A program made the position numbers and the translations under genes. DNA of 64,000 nt from Octopus vulgaris (taxonomy: Eukaryota), in the NCBI GenBank assembly GCA_951406725.2, contig OX597824.1:7130001-7194000 (forward strand), read 5' to 3'. Under the pieces are notes generated by a model. It worked only from the letters and a program-made list of their open reading frames with translations. It was not told the DNA's origin and searched no databases. This document shows, piece after piece, positions 52,816 to 64,000 of this stretch. Numbering within the stretch: the stretch's first letter is position 1; each line of letters begins with the position of its first letter.

Positions 52816-53065
52816 CGGTGACCATGCACTTTGGTCCCTTATACATAAATATATATATATATATGTGTGTGTGTACATACACATAAATATATATATACAT
52901 ATATGTGTGTATGTATATGTGTGAGTGTTTGTGTCTATACATACATATATACATAAATATATATAGAGAGAGGTATATATGTGTGTGTGTGAGAGTATAT
53001 ATAGATATAGATAAATATATACGTGTGTATGCATTAGTATGTGTGTGCATGGGTTATGTGTGTGG
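52410..53065. repeat. TA/TG compound repeat with ~120-bp tandem duplication
   Basis: Segment ~52480-52600 is repeated at ~52600-52720. Confidence 0.9.
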
Positions 53066-53359
53066 CTTATAAATTAACATCACCATCCTACAAACAGTGC
53101 CGTTGTTTCCTGTCTTTTCATGAAACCATATCCAGTCTCGGTGGGGGAATAGTACCCTGTTTCGGAAACAGGTGAGTGTTGGTGACAGGAAAGGCATCTG
53201 GCCTCAACAAATTCCGACTGATGCATGCAAACCTGGTGAGGAGGGCATTAAACCAGAGGATGAAATAAAACTGTAATTATTTGAACAACGTAAAGTTTGT
53301 CCACCTTTATCAAAAGAACTTTTACCATTACTACCACCATGAACACCAATTCTGTATAT

Positions 53360-53638
53360 CCCCGTGATCACCGTGACCGACCAGGCTATCAAATGTTGCT
53401 ACACATCGCTGGTCACAATGCACTTCACATTGTTTTAGCCTTCAAATGACGCCACCCCGCTGGCTAAGTGAGCAGGCCAACAGAAGAAAGAGTTGAGAGA
53501 AAGTTACGGCGAAAGAGTACAGCAGGGATCGCCACCACCCCTTGCCAGAGCCTCGTGGAGCTTTAGGTGTTTTCGCTCAATAAACACTCACAACGTCCGG
53601 TCTGGGAATGGCCTAACCACTGGGACATTGTGCCTCCA
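53360..53638 (-). mobile_element. Third tRNA-derived SINE family with 13-bp TSD
   Basis: Minus head GTGGAGGCACAATGTCCCAGTGGTTAGG; tail GGTCGGTCACGGTGATCACGG; TSD CAATTCTGTATAT at 53347 and 53639. Confidence 0.8.
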
Positions 53639-54180
53639 CAATTCTGTATATAGGTGTATGTATACGTGTGTCTGTGCACGTGAGTGCACATGGGAATAGA
53701 CGGAACAGGCGATACAAATTATTATATCATTTTGGTTAGAGAATCAGTCGTAAAATAAGACTAAATAAAACAAAAAAAAGATGCATGTGGTGATTAATTT
53801 TAGTTAAACATACAGTTAGTTGACTCTTTGAAATATATTTAGCAGAATCAAAAGTTGAAATGTGCTAAATTTTTCAGCGAGACGTTAAGTGCCAACTTAA
53901 CACATACTAATTGATGCTCAAACTGCCAGAATGTTGATATGGTCATAAATACTAGTTAAAAATCTCATAAATATCTATTAATGATACCAACAATTTACTG
54001 GAACAGTCAGGTATGTATGTACTTGCATGTCCTACCCTATGCTGTATAGTGTTCCAGAGTTGATTCAGGTGAAATCTAAACTCGTTATTTTACCAAAGAT
54101 AGAACTAATGACAAAATATAAGACAGAAAAAGGGAAAAAAATGAAGTTTAAAATATTAGCTTTGTAGACTTAAATAACAG

Positions 54181-54730
54181 ACAGGTGTGGCTGTGTGGTA
54201 AGAAGCTTACTTCCCAACCACATGGTTCCAGGTTCAGTCCCACTGCATGGCACCTCGGGGAAGTGTCATCTACTATAGCCTCAGGCCGATCAAAGCCATG
54301 TGAGTGGATTTGGTTGATGGAAACTGAAAGAACCCTGTCATATATATATATATATATATATCTAATATAGGATAAAATTTTCGAAAAAATTTTATCAACG
54401 GCCAGCATATTAAAAAAATACCTTTAAAGGTTAAATTTATAAACAACTTATAAACAAGGGCAAAAGAAAGGGCATTTAAATTTTTTTCTTTTGCCCTTGT
54501 TTATAAGTTTTATATATATATGTGTGTGTGTGTGTTTGTTACCCCACCATCACTTGACAACCGATGTTGGTGTATTAACGTCCCCATATTCTAGCAGTTC
54601 AGCAGGAGAGACCGACTGAATAAATGCCAGACTTACAAAGAATAAACTCAGGGGTCAATATCTTTGATTAAAAGGTGGTGCCCCAGCATGGCCCCAGTCA
54701 AATGACTGCAACAAGTCAAAGAATAAAGAC
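54181..54730 (+). mobile_element. CORE-like SINE with hairpin-rich insert in its (TA)n tract
   Basis: Head 54181-54340, insert ~54360-54510, tail to 54730. Confidence 0.8.
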
Positions 54731-55054
54731 GACTAATAATTTCGGAGGGGCGGAGGAGATGTCACTTTTTTAAGAGATGGAATTTCACAAGCGGAGAATG
54801 AAAAGAACGTTTGATGGAAACAAAAACACTGGATTTTTTGGAACAATATCTTGGAACTAGATTCTTTGAGCTTTTGTGGTAAGAATAGATAAGAAGTGCA
54901 TCTCAATTAATTCAGTTGATGCTTGGTTTTTTTTTAATTTTTTATTTTCCTAATTAATATTAGTCAAGAAGAAAAGAAGAACATCAACATTTGAATGGAG
55001 TGGAGCAAAAATACCCTGATACATTCTGTAATATTGTGTGTGTGTGTTTTGGGA

Positions 55055-55420
55055 GGGAGAGAGATGGGGGTGGATTAAAGACACAGGGAGAGACAATGGG
55101 AAAGAGAGAGAGGGGAGAGAAAGAGAGAGGGGAGAGAAAGAGAGAGGGGGAGAGAAAGAGAGAGGGGGAGAGAAAGAGAGATGGGAGAGAAAGAGAGTGT
55201 GTGAAAAGACACAGGGAGAGGCAAAGTGAATAAGAGAGAGAAGAAGAGAAAGAGTGTGTGAAAGATACAGGAAAGGGTAAAATGAAAGAGAAAGAGAGAG
55301 GGGGAAAGAGAGTGTGTGAAAAGATACAGGGAGAGTCAAAATGAAAGAGAGAGAGTGTGTGAAAAGACACAGGGAGAAGCAAAATGAAAGAGAGAGAGAG
55401 ACAGGGAGAGAGAGAGAGAA
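55055..55420. repeat. GA-rich purine tract with short and ~55-60-bp subrepeats
   Basis: GAGAGAAAGAGAGAGGGG and GAGTGTGTGAAA(A)GA(C/T)ACAGG repeats. Confidence 0.85.
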
Positions 55421-55917
55421 AGTATCATTATTTTCCGAGCTTTCTGTGTTGCGAATAGTTTTCTGGACTTGAAGCTATTTTGGAAGAATTAACTCCAACA
55501 CGCACAAACAATATTCATTCAGATTAAATGGTAAATCGCAGCCAGATATAACGGGGGGGGGAGGAAAGGGATCCAGCATCCGAGATATTGGCTGATGTGG
55601 CCGGGAAGATTTATTGTAGCTGCCCCCAATCCCCCCCACCCACCCACCGTAATGGATGTCACTGTAGACACTAGGCACCAGATGGAAATATACAAAGGTA
55701 TCGTGGATTGATGATGGAAGGTGAGTGAGATGAGGACGGAGCGGGAAAGGTTTGGGGAGGCAGACGGGGAAGAAGAAGTTTATAATGAAATTACTGAGTT
55801 CCCAGACGAAATGAAAAACAGCGAAAAAGATTAAGGAGGTCCTTAATGGGGACTTCGGAAATCAAACAAGACATGCCAACATCGGAAGAAGAAGAAGAAG
55901 AAGAAGAAAGCAAAAGC

Positions 55918-56010
55918 ATGTGATGATGATCATGATGGTGATGATAATGGTGGTGGTGATGATGGTGGTGGTGATGATGGTGATGGTGGTGGTGGTGATG
56001 ATGATGATGT

Positions 56011-56048
<38 letters not shown>

Positions 56049-56093
56049 TTGGTGGTGATGATGATGATGATGATGAAGGTGGTGGTGGTGATG

Positions 56094-56125
<32 letters not shown>

Positions 56126-56258
56126 GATGATGAAGGTGGTGATGGGGTTGATGACGGTGATGATGATGATGAGGAGGAGGAGGTGGAGGTTGGCGATGAT
56201 GACAAATGTTCAACAGAAATCAGCCATAACTTGTTTTTCTCCACAGCCATTTCCTCTT

Positions 56259-56295
<37 letters not shown>

Positions 56296-56340
56296 TTCCT
56301 CATCGTCATCATCAACACCACTGTCACAACCACCATCGTC
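55918..56340. repeat. (GAT/GGT)n tract followed by inverted (CAT)n tract
   Basis: 55918-56202 (GAT/GGT); 56260-56340 (CAT/CAC). Confidence 0.9.
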
Positions 56341-56405
56341 CTCTTGCTACCTCGATGGTTCTCCTGTTATGTGCATGCACAGGTATATCTTTCTCTCTTC
56401 CCCCC

Positions 56406-56454
<49 letters not shown>

Positions 56455-57036
56455 ATGTGTGTGTGTGTGTGTGTGCATGTGTGTGTGCATGTGTGTGTGT
56501 GTGCGTGTTTGCCTAAAACAAACAAGATGTATGTCTTTTTATCTGGAAATAAAGATGAGATAAAATGGCTTTTCTTCACCGATTGTGATGGTTGATATCA
56601 AATCTACAGTCAAGCTGTACTCTTCTGCTGTACGTCAATGCACAGGAAAAAAATATTGTCTCAGAGGAGCACAATACCAAGTAAACGGGGGGGGGGGGTG
56701 TAATATCTAAGATAGGCAGAGAAACTGCAATAAAATTGGGCACATATTGGGGAAGAAATGAGAAAAAGTGCAAAAACATGATAAATGATTTAGTTATTCT
56801 TGTAATAACTCATACTTTTAGAATTCCCTTTAGCTGAAGAATTCCAGATATCTAAATACGGCAAGGTTTGGAAAGAGAGGAAACGAAAAGCAGAAATAAC
56901 AGTGATACGTAAAAATTAAGAGGAATGCTTCATACACGAAAATACATTGAGAAAATACTTTGCTGATGTTGACTCGGAAAAGGGTATTTTTGTAATGTTC
57001 TACAGGATTTAGAATGAATGTTTCACAAGCTATCGC

Positions 57037-57963
57037 TCTATATATAAAGATGAAGTTGTCTGTGTATGACAGGTTTAGTAGCCTTCAACTAACACTATCT
57101 CCTCAAAATTGAGAGTATGCGAAAGCGAAAGCAAAAGCGAAATCGAACTGAACCAGCCAGGATCCCTGGTCTGGTGGTACGTAAAAAGCACTATCCGACT
57201 CGTGGCTGATGCCAGCGCCGCCTCCACTGGCTTCCGTGCCGGTGGAACGTAAAATACACCAATCCAACCGTATGACAGGCACCCATGCCAACCCCCTTTG
57301 CTTGCGAAGACATGTTGGGGCAAGCGAAATCGAAATCGAATTGAACCAGCCAGGATCCCTGGTCTGGTGGTACGTAAAAAGCGCTATCTGACTCGTGGCC
57401 GATGCCAGCACTGCCTCGACTGGCTTCCATGCCGGTAGCACATAAAATACACCAATCCGACCGTGGCCGTTGCCAGCCTCGCCTGGCACCTGTGCAGGTG
57501 GCACGTAAAAAGCACCCACTACACTCACGGAGTGGTTGGCGTTAGGAAGGGCATCCAGCTGTAGAAACATTGCCAGATAAGACTGGAGCCTGGTGCAGCC
57601 TTCTGGCTTCCCAGATCCCCGGTCGAACCGTCCAACCCATGCTAGCATGGAGAACGGACGTTAAACGACGATGATGATGATGATAGAAGAAGGCTTGTTC
57701 TTCATTCCATAGAAGGAAAAAATTCAAATTGGACCATGTTAACACCCAAAATTATCTACATCAAAAAGGTGCTTTCCTTCTAAGAAAATCCCTATTTTTT
57801 ACGATTTTTTAACTGCTGTGTCGCCATTTTTCGGTGTATTTCAACCAGAAAAATGTCCACTTAAAGAGAATAACAAACTACATAATGCAAAATTTTTACT
57901 TTTCAAAAATTCCAATTCTAAAGGGTTGAAACAAACCCGAGCAACGCCGGGCGATACTGCTAG
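57037..57963 (+). mobile_element. Non-autonomous Helitron interrupted by an RTE 3' end
   Basis: 5' TCTATATATAAAG; 3' hairpin CCCGAGCAACGCCGGG and CTAG|T; family sequence resumes at ~57683. Confidence 0.85.
57121..57683 (+). mobile_element. RTE LINE 3' UTR nested in the Helitron, with an internal duplication (~190-bp period)
   Basis: 57137-57271 is similar to 57324-57463; conserved tail and (GAT)n. Confidence 0.85.
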
Positions 57964-58143
57964 TTTGGTAATAAATCTAAAAAAATAATTAAATTTGATG
58001 AAGAGTTTAAAATTCAGAATTTCTTCTTCTTCATCCTCAAATCTGTTGCAAAGATATCCAACACAAGACGCTACTGCAAGCTCGTGCATTGAGAAATAAA
58101 AAAAATAAAAAATTCATAAAACAGGAGCTTATAGGGAATATTT

Positions 58144-58287
58144 CTTATTCTTTGTAAGCCTAGTACTTATTCTATCGGTCTCTTTTGCCGAATCGCTAAG
58201 TTGCAGGGACGTAAATACACCACCATTGGTTGTCAAGCGATGTTGGGGGGACAAACACAGACACACAAACATTTACACACACATACG

Positions 58288-58341
<54 letters not shown>

Positions 58342-58510
58342 TATATACGACGGGCTTCTTTCAGTTTCCATCTACCAAATTCAATCACAAGGCTTTGGTC
58401 AGCCCGAGACTATAGTAGAAGACACTTGCAGAAGGTGCAACGCAGTGGGACTGAACCCGGAACCATGTGATTGGTAAGCAAGCTACTTACCACACAGCCG
58501 TACCTGTGCC
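58144..58510 (-). mobile_element. CORE-like SINE (3'-truncated)
   Basis: Family match. Confidence 0.85.
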
Positions 58511-58677
58511 TGTTTGTGTAAAAGGGCAAAAGTCTTGTTAGGAGACTTTTGCTGGTGTTTGAAATCAAGTTATATTTAATACCCAGTTTCAATGGTTGGG
58601 GTCCAACATGAAACACTCCATGTGTAGCAAAAAAAAAGTAAATTTAAGACCCCCTTTGCACTTTTATCCTGCTCAGA

Positions 58678-58730
<53 letters not shown>

Positions 58731-58731
<1 letters not shown>

Positions 58732-58801
58732 CACCGTGACTGACCAGGCCATCAAATATTGCTGCAAGTCCACTGCCCTAACCATTGGACTATTGCGCCT
58801 C

Positions 58802-58803
<2 letters not shown>
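58731..58803 (-). mobile_element. Mini head-plus-tail deletion derivative of the 53360 SINE family
   Basis: Minus strand GTGGAGGCGCAATAGTCCAATGGTTAGGGCAGTGGACTTGC fused to AGCAATATTTGATGGCCTGGTCAGTCACGGTGA. Confidence 0.7.
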
Positions 58804-59215
<412 letters not shown>

Positions 59216-60436
59216 CACATACATGATGGGTCAAGATTCCATGCAGGAGGACTGAACTTGAAACCACATTGCAAAAAAGCAAGCACTGTAACTACACTGC
59301 CTACAATGTCAAACGGAAAGTAGCAGCATCGCAGAATTCTCCAATCAAATGCATAGGGAAAAACAAACCAATTAAACAGATAAAAACAATAATGATGTTG
59401 ATGATGATGATGGCAGTGGTGGTGATGGTGGTGGTGGTGGTGGTGGTGGTGGTGGGGAGATTCTCACAATAGTTTCACCAAGCTTTTTCTTAAGCATTAT
59501 GAAAAGATAAAAAAAGTCATCAAGATAAAAATATTCAGAGGATGTTACAAAAATCAGAAGATGTATAAAAAAAAATAAAGATTATTTAATGATAACATTT
59601 TTAAAAACATATAGTAAGTTTTTTCAGTTCTTGAAATAAAAATTGCATTTGATTGGTTTTTTTTTTATGTATTTATTTATTTATGTGTTTATTTTTTTTT
59701 TTTTTGTAATTTGTTTAAAGAAAAAAGTAACATAAAAAAATAAAGACATAAAGCAAGTGAAACGAAAATATGGTGATACAACGAAGCTGAATATGTTGGA
59801 AGACATTGTAGCTTCGTATCAAGAAATTAGATAAAAAAAAGGGGGAGGGGGGAATTGAAGTCACTGATGCGTGCAAACATAGCAGTAGAAAAAAAGATAA
59901 AAATAGTAGGTCGAGGAAAATATATTTCAGAAAATATTATAACTGAAATACTGAACTTTTAAGAAAAAATGGCTTGGAATTTGGAGATTTGTAAACAGTA
60001 CAGAAAAACCAAAAAATGGGGAAAAAAAAAATGGAAAAAGAGGAAAATAGTTTATTTTAAATAAACACATGGTATATTTTACTTTGTAAAAGAAAATATA
60101 AAAATATCTCTAATACTGGCTTATCCAGAAGTATTGTTTAGAAGAATTTAAAACTAAAATATAAACTTCTGTTATGTTCTTGGGAAAATATTGAAATTTT
60201 AGTAGTATACAAAAGAGAATGAAGAATACCCAAAACAAGAAAATGGTTTGATGCTTAAATATATTTTTCTTTATGTGATAAAAACAGAGGAGGACTCAAG
60301 TTTGCCATTCAACATGAATTGATGAATGCAAATCCAATTTCTATTAAAGAATTCTTTATATCTGAATATAACAGACAGTGCAAATTTGTAGCCGAATTGC
60401 GACAGGAAGATAGCCTTATTCATAAGAGAGATGCAT

Positions 60437-60470
<34 letters not shown>

Positions 60471-60966
60471 ATAGGAGAACAAAAGTATTTTTACTGCATG
60501 AGAAAAATTACTTTCTCAAAGCAGATAACATTTTCTTTTTTACACATATAAAATTATTGTATATACGTGCTTACATTTTTAAAGAGTGTTTTGTGTAAAT
60601 GTAAAAAATGAAGCAGATAGCAAATGAAAAGTGAGTGCCCACGTTTCATTTTGATTTCTTTGCTATATTAATTTTCGTTTTGCCTTCATATTCTTGTTAT
60701 GCAGCTAAATAAAATAGAAACTAAAAGTTGTTTCTGATTTAGACACAAAGCCAGCAAATTTAGAGAAGAAGGTGTCAGGTGATTACCTCAACCTCAGAAC
60801 TTAACTGGTAATTTATTTTATCATACTTCAAAGCTGGAGGAGAAAAGGTAAAGTTGGCCCCAGTGTGATTTGAACTCGGAATGTAAAGAGGTGGAACAAA
60901 TATCATAAGGCAATTTTTGTTTAATGCTCTAACAATTCCACTAATAACTATTAACAGATAATTATT

Positions 60967-61247
60967 TAATCCTTTATTGCCCACAAGGGGCTAGACAAAG
61001 GGACTAAGTCGATTACATCGACCCCAGTGTGTAACTGGTACTTATTTAATCGACCCCGAAAGGATAAATGGCAAAGTCGACCTTGGCAGAATTTGAACTC
61101 AGAACGTAGCGGCAGATGAAATACCACTAAGCATTTTGCCTGGCGTGCTAACGATTCTGCCAGCTCATTGCCTTATAATGTAAAGACAGACGAAATACCG
61201 TTAAGCATTTCGCCCGGCACGCTAACATTTCTGCCAGTTTGCCGCCG
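60967..61247 (-). mobile_element. Meta-like SINE with duplicated tRNA head and ~17-bp TSD
   Basis: Second head 61180-61247; TSD TATTAACAGATAATTATT at ~60949 and ~61248. Confidence 0.8.
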
Positions 61248-61483
61248 TATTAACAGATAATTATTAATCAACATTCGTTTATCTAAATAACAGAAAAGGA
61301 AAATAAATAACAATTGCGTGGTTGTACATTTTATTGCTTTTTGATACCAACCTGTCGGACACCATTCCTGGTTCTACACAACAAACTTTCTCTATTAAGG
61401 TTATCTAAATTTGAACCTCGCATAAAAATTTCATATAAATTTATGTTCAAAACACTTTAAAATTACTTATTTTTATAGAATTA

Positions 61484-61911
61484 CTCTTTTTACTCTTTTT
61501 ACTTGTTTCAGTCATGTGACTGTGGCCATGCTGGAGCACCGCCTTTTAGTCGAGCAAATCAACCCCAGGACTTATTCTTTGTAAGCCTAGTACTTATTCT
61601 ATCAGTCTCTTTTACCGAACCGCTAAGTCAGGGGGATGTAAACACACCAGCATTGGTTGTCAAGCGATGTTTGGGGGACAAACACAGACACACAAACATA
61701 TACACACACACAAATGCATATATATATACATATATATATATGTATATACGATGGGCTTCTTTCAGTTTCCGTCTACCAAATCCACTCACAAGGCTTTGGT
61801 CGGCCCGAGGCTACAGTAGAAGACATTTGCCCAAGGTGCCACGCAGTGGGACTGAACCTGGAACCATGTGGTTGGTAAGCAAGCTACTTACCACACAGCC
61901 ACTCCTACGCC
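61484..61911 (-). mobile_element. Full-length CORE-like SINE
   Basis: Family match. Confidence 0.9.
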
Positions 61912-62849
61912 AATATTTTTTCATTATTTCTCAAATTATATGGAACAAAAGTAGTGATTTTCCGAGAAATACATAAAAGGTGACAAAAGTGAGAAAAAGA
62001 AAGGATTTTATCAAACTACTGTAGATTGTTGTTATCTCTAAACACACCCAGAAAAAAGAAAAAAAAAGAATTAATTTTAAAATGCTAATGCTGTATCCAT
62101 GGTAAAACATTGTGTCATGCTGTTCAGTAGTATATTCACACCTTCAGAAGATAAATATCAATTTAGTCAAAGAGTTCAACTCCATGTCAGTCATGTACTC
62201 ATACCAGCTGGAATACTGTAGAATGGAAACCCGATTTAAATGCAATTTAGAAAATAAGTGAAATGACAAATTTTTTTTTTTGAGGGGGGAAAAAAAAGGG
62301 AATGCAAGGAATGAAGTAAAAATAAAAATAATGGAAATAAAGAAACTTAAATTTAAAAGGTGTAACAAATTTCAAAAGTCAAAAGTTGAAAACAAAAATT
62401 TTTTTAAAATTTACAGAAAGATCTCTGACACACAAATGGAAAATAAAATGGTTACAGCATTACAAAAGAAATAGTTTCTATGTCAAAGCAACATGCAAAA
62501 GATATTAACCACTCCCATGTTGAACGAAGAACATAATTAAGAAACGGTAAAACATGAAGAACAATGAGAACAAAAAAAAAAGGAAACAAAAATAGAGACA
62601 ACAGAAATCTCCAGAGACTCATAAAAACTTTCCAATAAACTGACTTTCAACAGATGCAGATGAAATCCTATTAGCAATTAAATAGCTGAGATGTGACGAA
62701 ACTTCACAGCATTTTATAGAGTATGAAACTATTAAGAAATAAACAAAATGAGCGCAAAAGTTTATGTACTTTTATGATGGCTAACATGACTTGTTTTACG
62801 ATGAAATTGTCTTTAGTTTCAATACCTGGTCACCAATTAAGACACTAAT

Positions 62850-63252
62850 CTTTATCTTTTCATTTGCTTCAGTCATTGGACTGTGGCCATGCTTGAGCAC
62901 TGCTTCAAAAGGTCTTGCTGAACAAATTGAGCCCAGGACTTTTATTTGGTTTTAAAAGCTTGCTATTTAATTCTACTGATCCATTGTGCCAAACAGCTAG
63001 GTTACGATGAGGGGTGGACATAACCAAACCAGCACTGGTTGTCAAGCAGTGGTTAGGGCCGGACACAAACACATGCACACACACACACAATAGACTTCTT
63101 TCAGTTTCCATCTAACCAATCCATTCCTAAGGCTTCGGTCAGCCTGGAGCTATAAAAGAAGTTGCTTGCCCAAGGTGCCATGCAGTGGGGCTGAACCTAG
63201 GACAATGTATTTGAGAAGCAAACTTCTTACCACACAGCCATCCCTCTGCCTA
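62850..63252 (-). mobile_element. Diverged CORE-like SINE
   Basis: Family match. Confidence 0.8.
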
Positions 63253-63469
63253 TAAAATCAATTACAAATTTTTATGTTGAAAGAATTTCAATAGTATTTT
63301 GGGTGACTAAAATACCTTTCATGCTGCTCACGAAACACATCACATTTATATTCTTTAGGTTTTCTGAAGATATTCGATTTTCCAGTCTCAATACTACATT
63401 GAGAAAACAGCCAATCCTCATCTGTTTTGAAGTAAGATAATACAAGGGGTGCTGAAAAGCTCCTGGCAA

Positions 63470-63875
63470 CAATCACACTCAGATGGTGCTTTTAACGTTC
63501 CACTCAGGTGGTACTGTCATCGGTCACATCAGTGATTTTGATTTCACTTGCCTCAACAGGCCTTCGCATGCAAAGTTTATTGTCTAATGAATGAAGGGTA
63601 CTCATAAGTGGGTTGGTTATACACCAGTCATAGGCCATGGGTTATGGTCTCACTTGGCTTGCTGGGTTTTCTCAGTCACTAGTCATTGCCTCGATGAGGC
63701 CCAATGTTCAAAGGTCGTGCATCACCACCTCATCCCAGGTCTTCCTGGGTCTACCTCTTTCACAAGTTCCCTCAACTGCTAGGGTGTGACACTTTTTCAC
63801 ACAGCTGTCCTCATCCATTCGCAACACATGACCATACCAGCACCGTCATCTCTCTTGCACACTACATCTTATGCA
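63470..63875 (-). mobile_element. RTE LINE ORF2 C-terminal fragment and partial 3' UTR
   Basis: Minus strand WYGHVLRMDEDSCVKKCHTLAVEGTCERGRPRKTWDEVVMHDL*TLGLIEAMTSD. Confidence 0.88.
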
Positions 63876-63979
63876 CATGTTCATACAAAAAAGGTTTCTT
63901 TCACTTTCTGTCTACCAAATCCATTCACAAGGCTTTAGTTGACCCAGGGTGGCAGTAGAAACACTTCGTCTGGGTGTTA

Positions 63980-64000
63980 GAAGGCGGCGAGCTGGCAGAA
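63980..64000 (+). mobile_element. Start of a Meta-like SINE, cut by the window edge
   Basis: AAGGCGGCGAGCTGGCAGAA. Confidence 0.7.

Noticed and set aside
53233-53351. Exon-like minus-strand segment IGVHGGSNGKSSFDKGGQTLRC...
   Set aside because: No polypyrimidine tract, the acceptor lies in a SINE TSD, the donor is weak and repeat-derived, and no homology is recognised
55791-56516. Poly-His, poly-Met and poly-Ser ORFs (also 35501-35796)
   Set aside because: Products of trinucleotide microsatellites

Overview
AT-rich eukaryotic DNA dense in microsatellites and repeats. The SINE and LINE repertoire (recognised from memory, not by database search) points to an Octopus genome. It contains tRNA-derived SINEs of at least four families, RTE, CR1 and R4/Dong LINE fragments, Helitrons, a Helentron-type HINE and TTAA-flanked MITEs. 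Almost all ORFs in the track are microsatellite artefacts. The only confidently recognised host coding sequence is one 88-nt minus-strand exon of MON2 (51929-52016); I found no neighbouring MON2 exons by eye. The most interesting signals are three. First, a family of ~0.5-kb non-coding foldback elements carrying a minimal type I hammerhead ribozyme inside long inverted arms (24078-24557, 34517-35068). Second, a tRNA-headed SINE ending in a hammerhead motif (21527-21775, with a degenerate copy at 48889-49087). Third, a young 12x32-bp tandem array next to a SINE. There is no CRISPR array, rRNA gene or intact tRNA gene.
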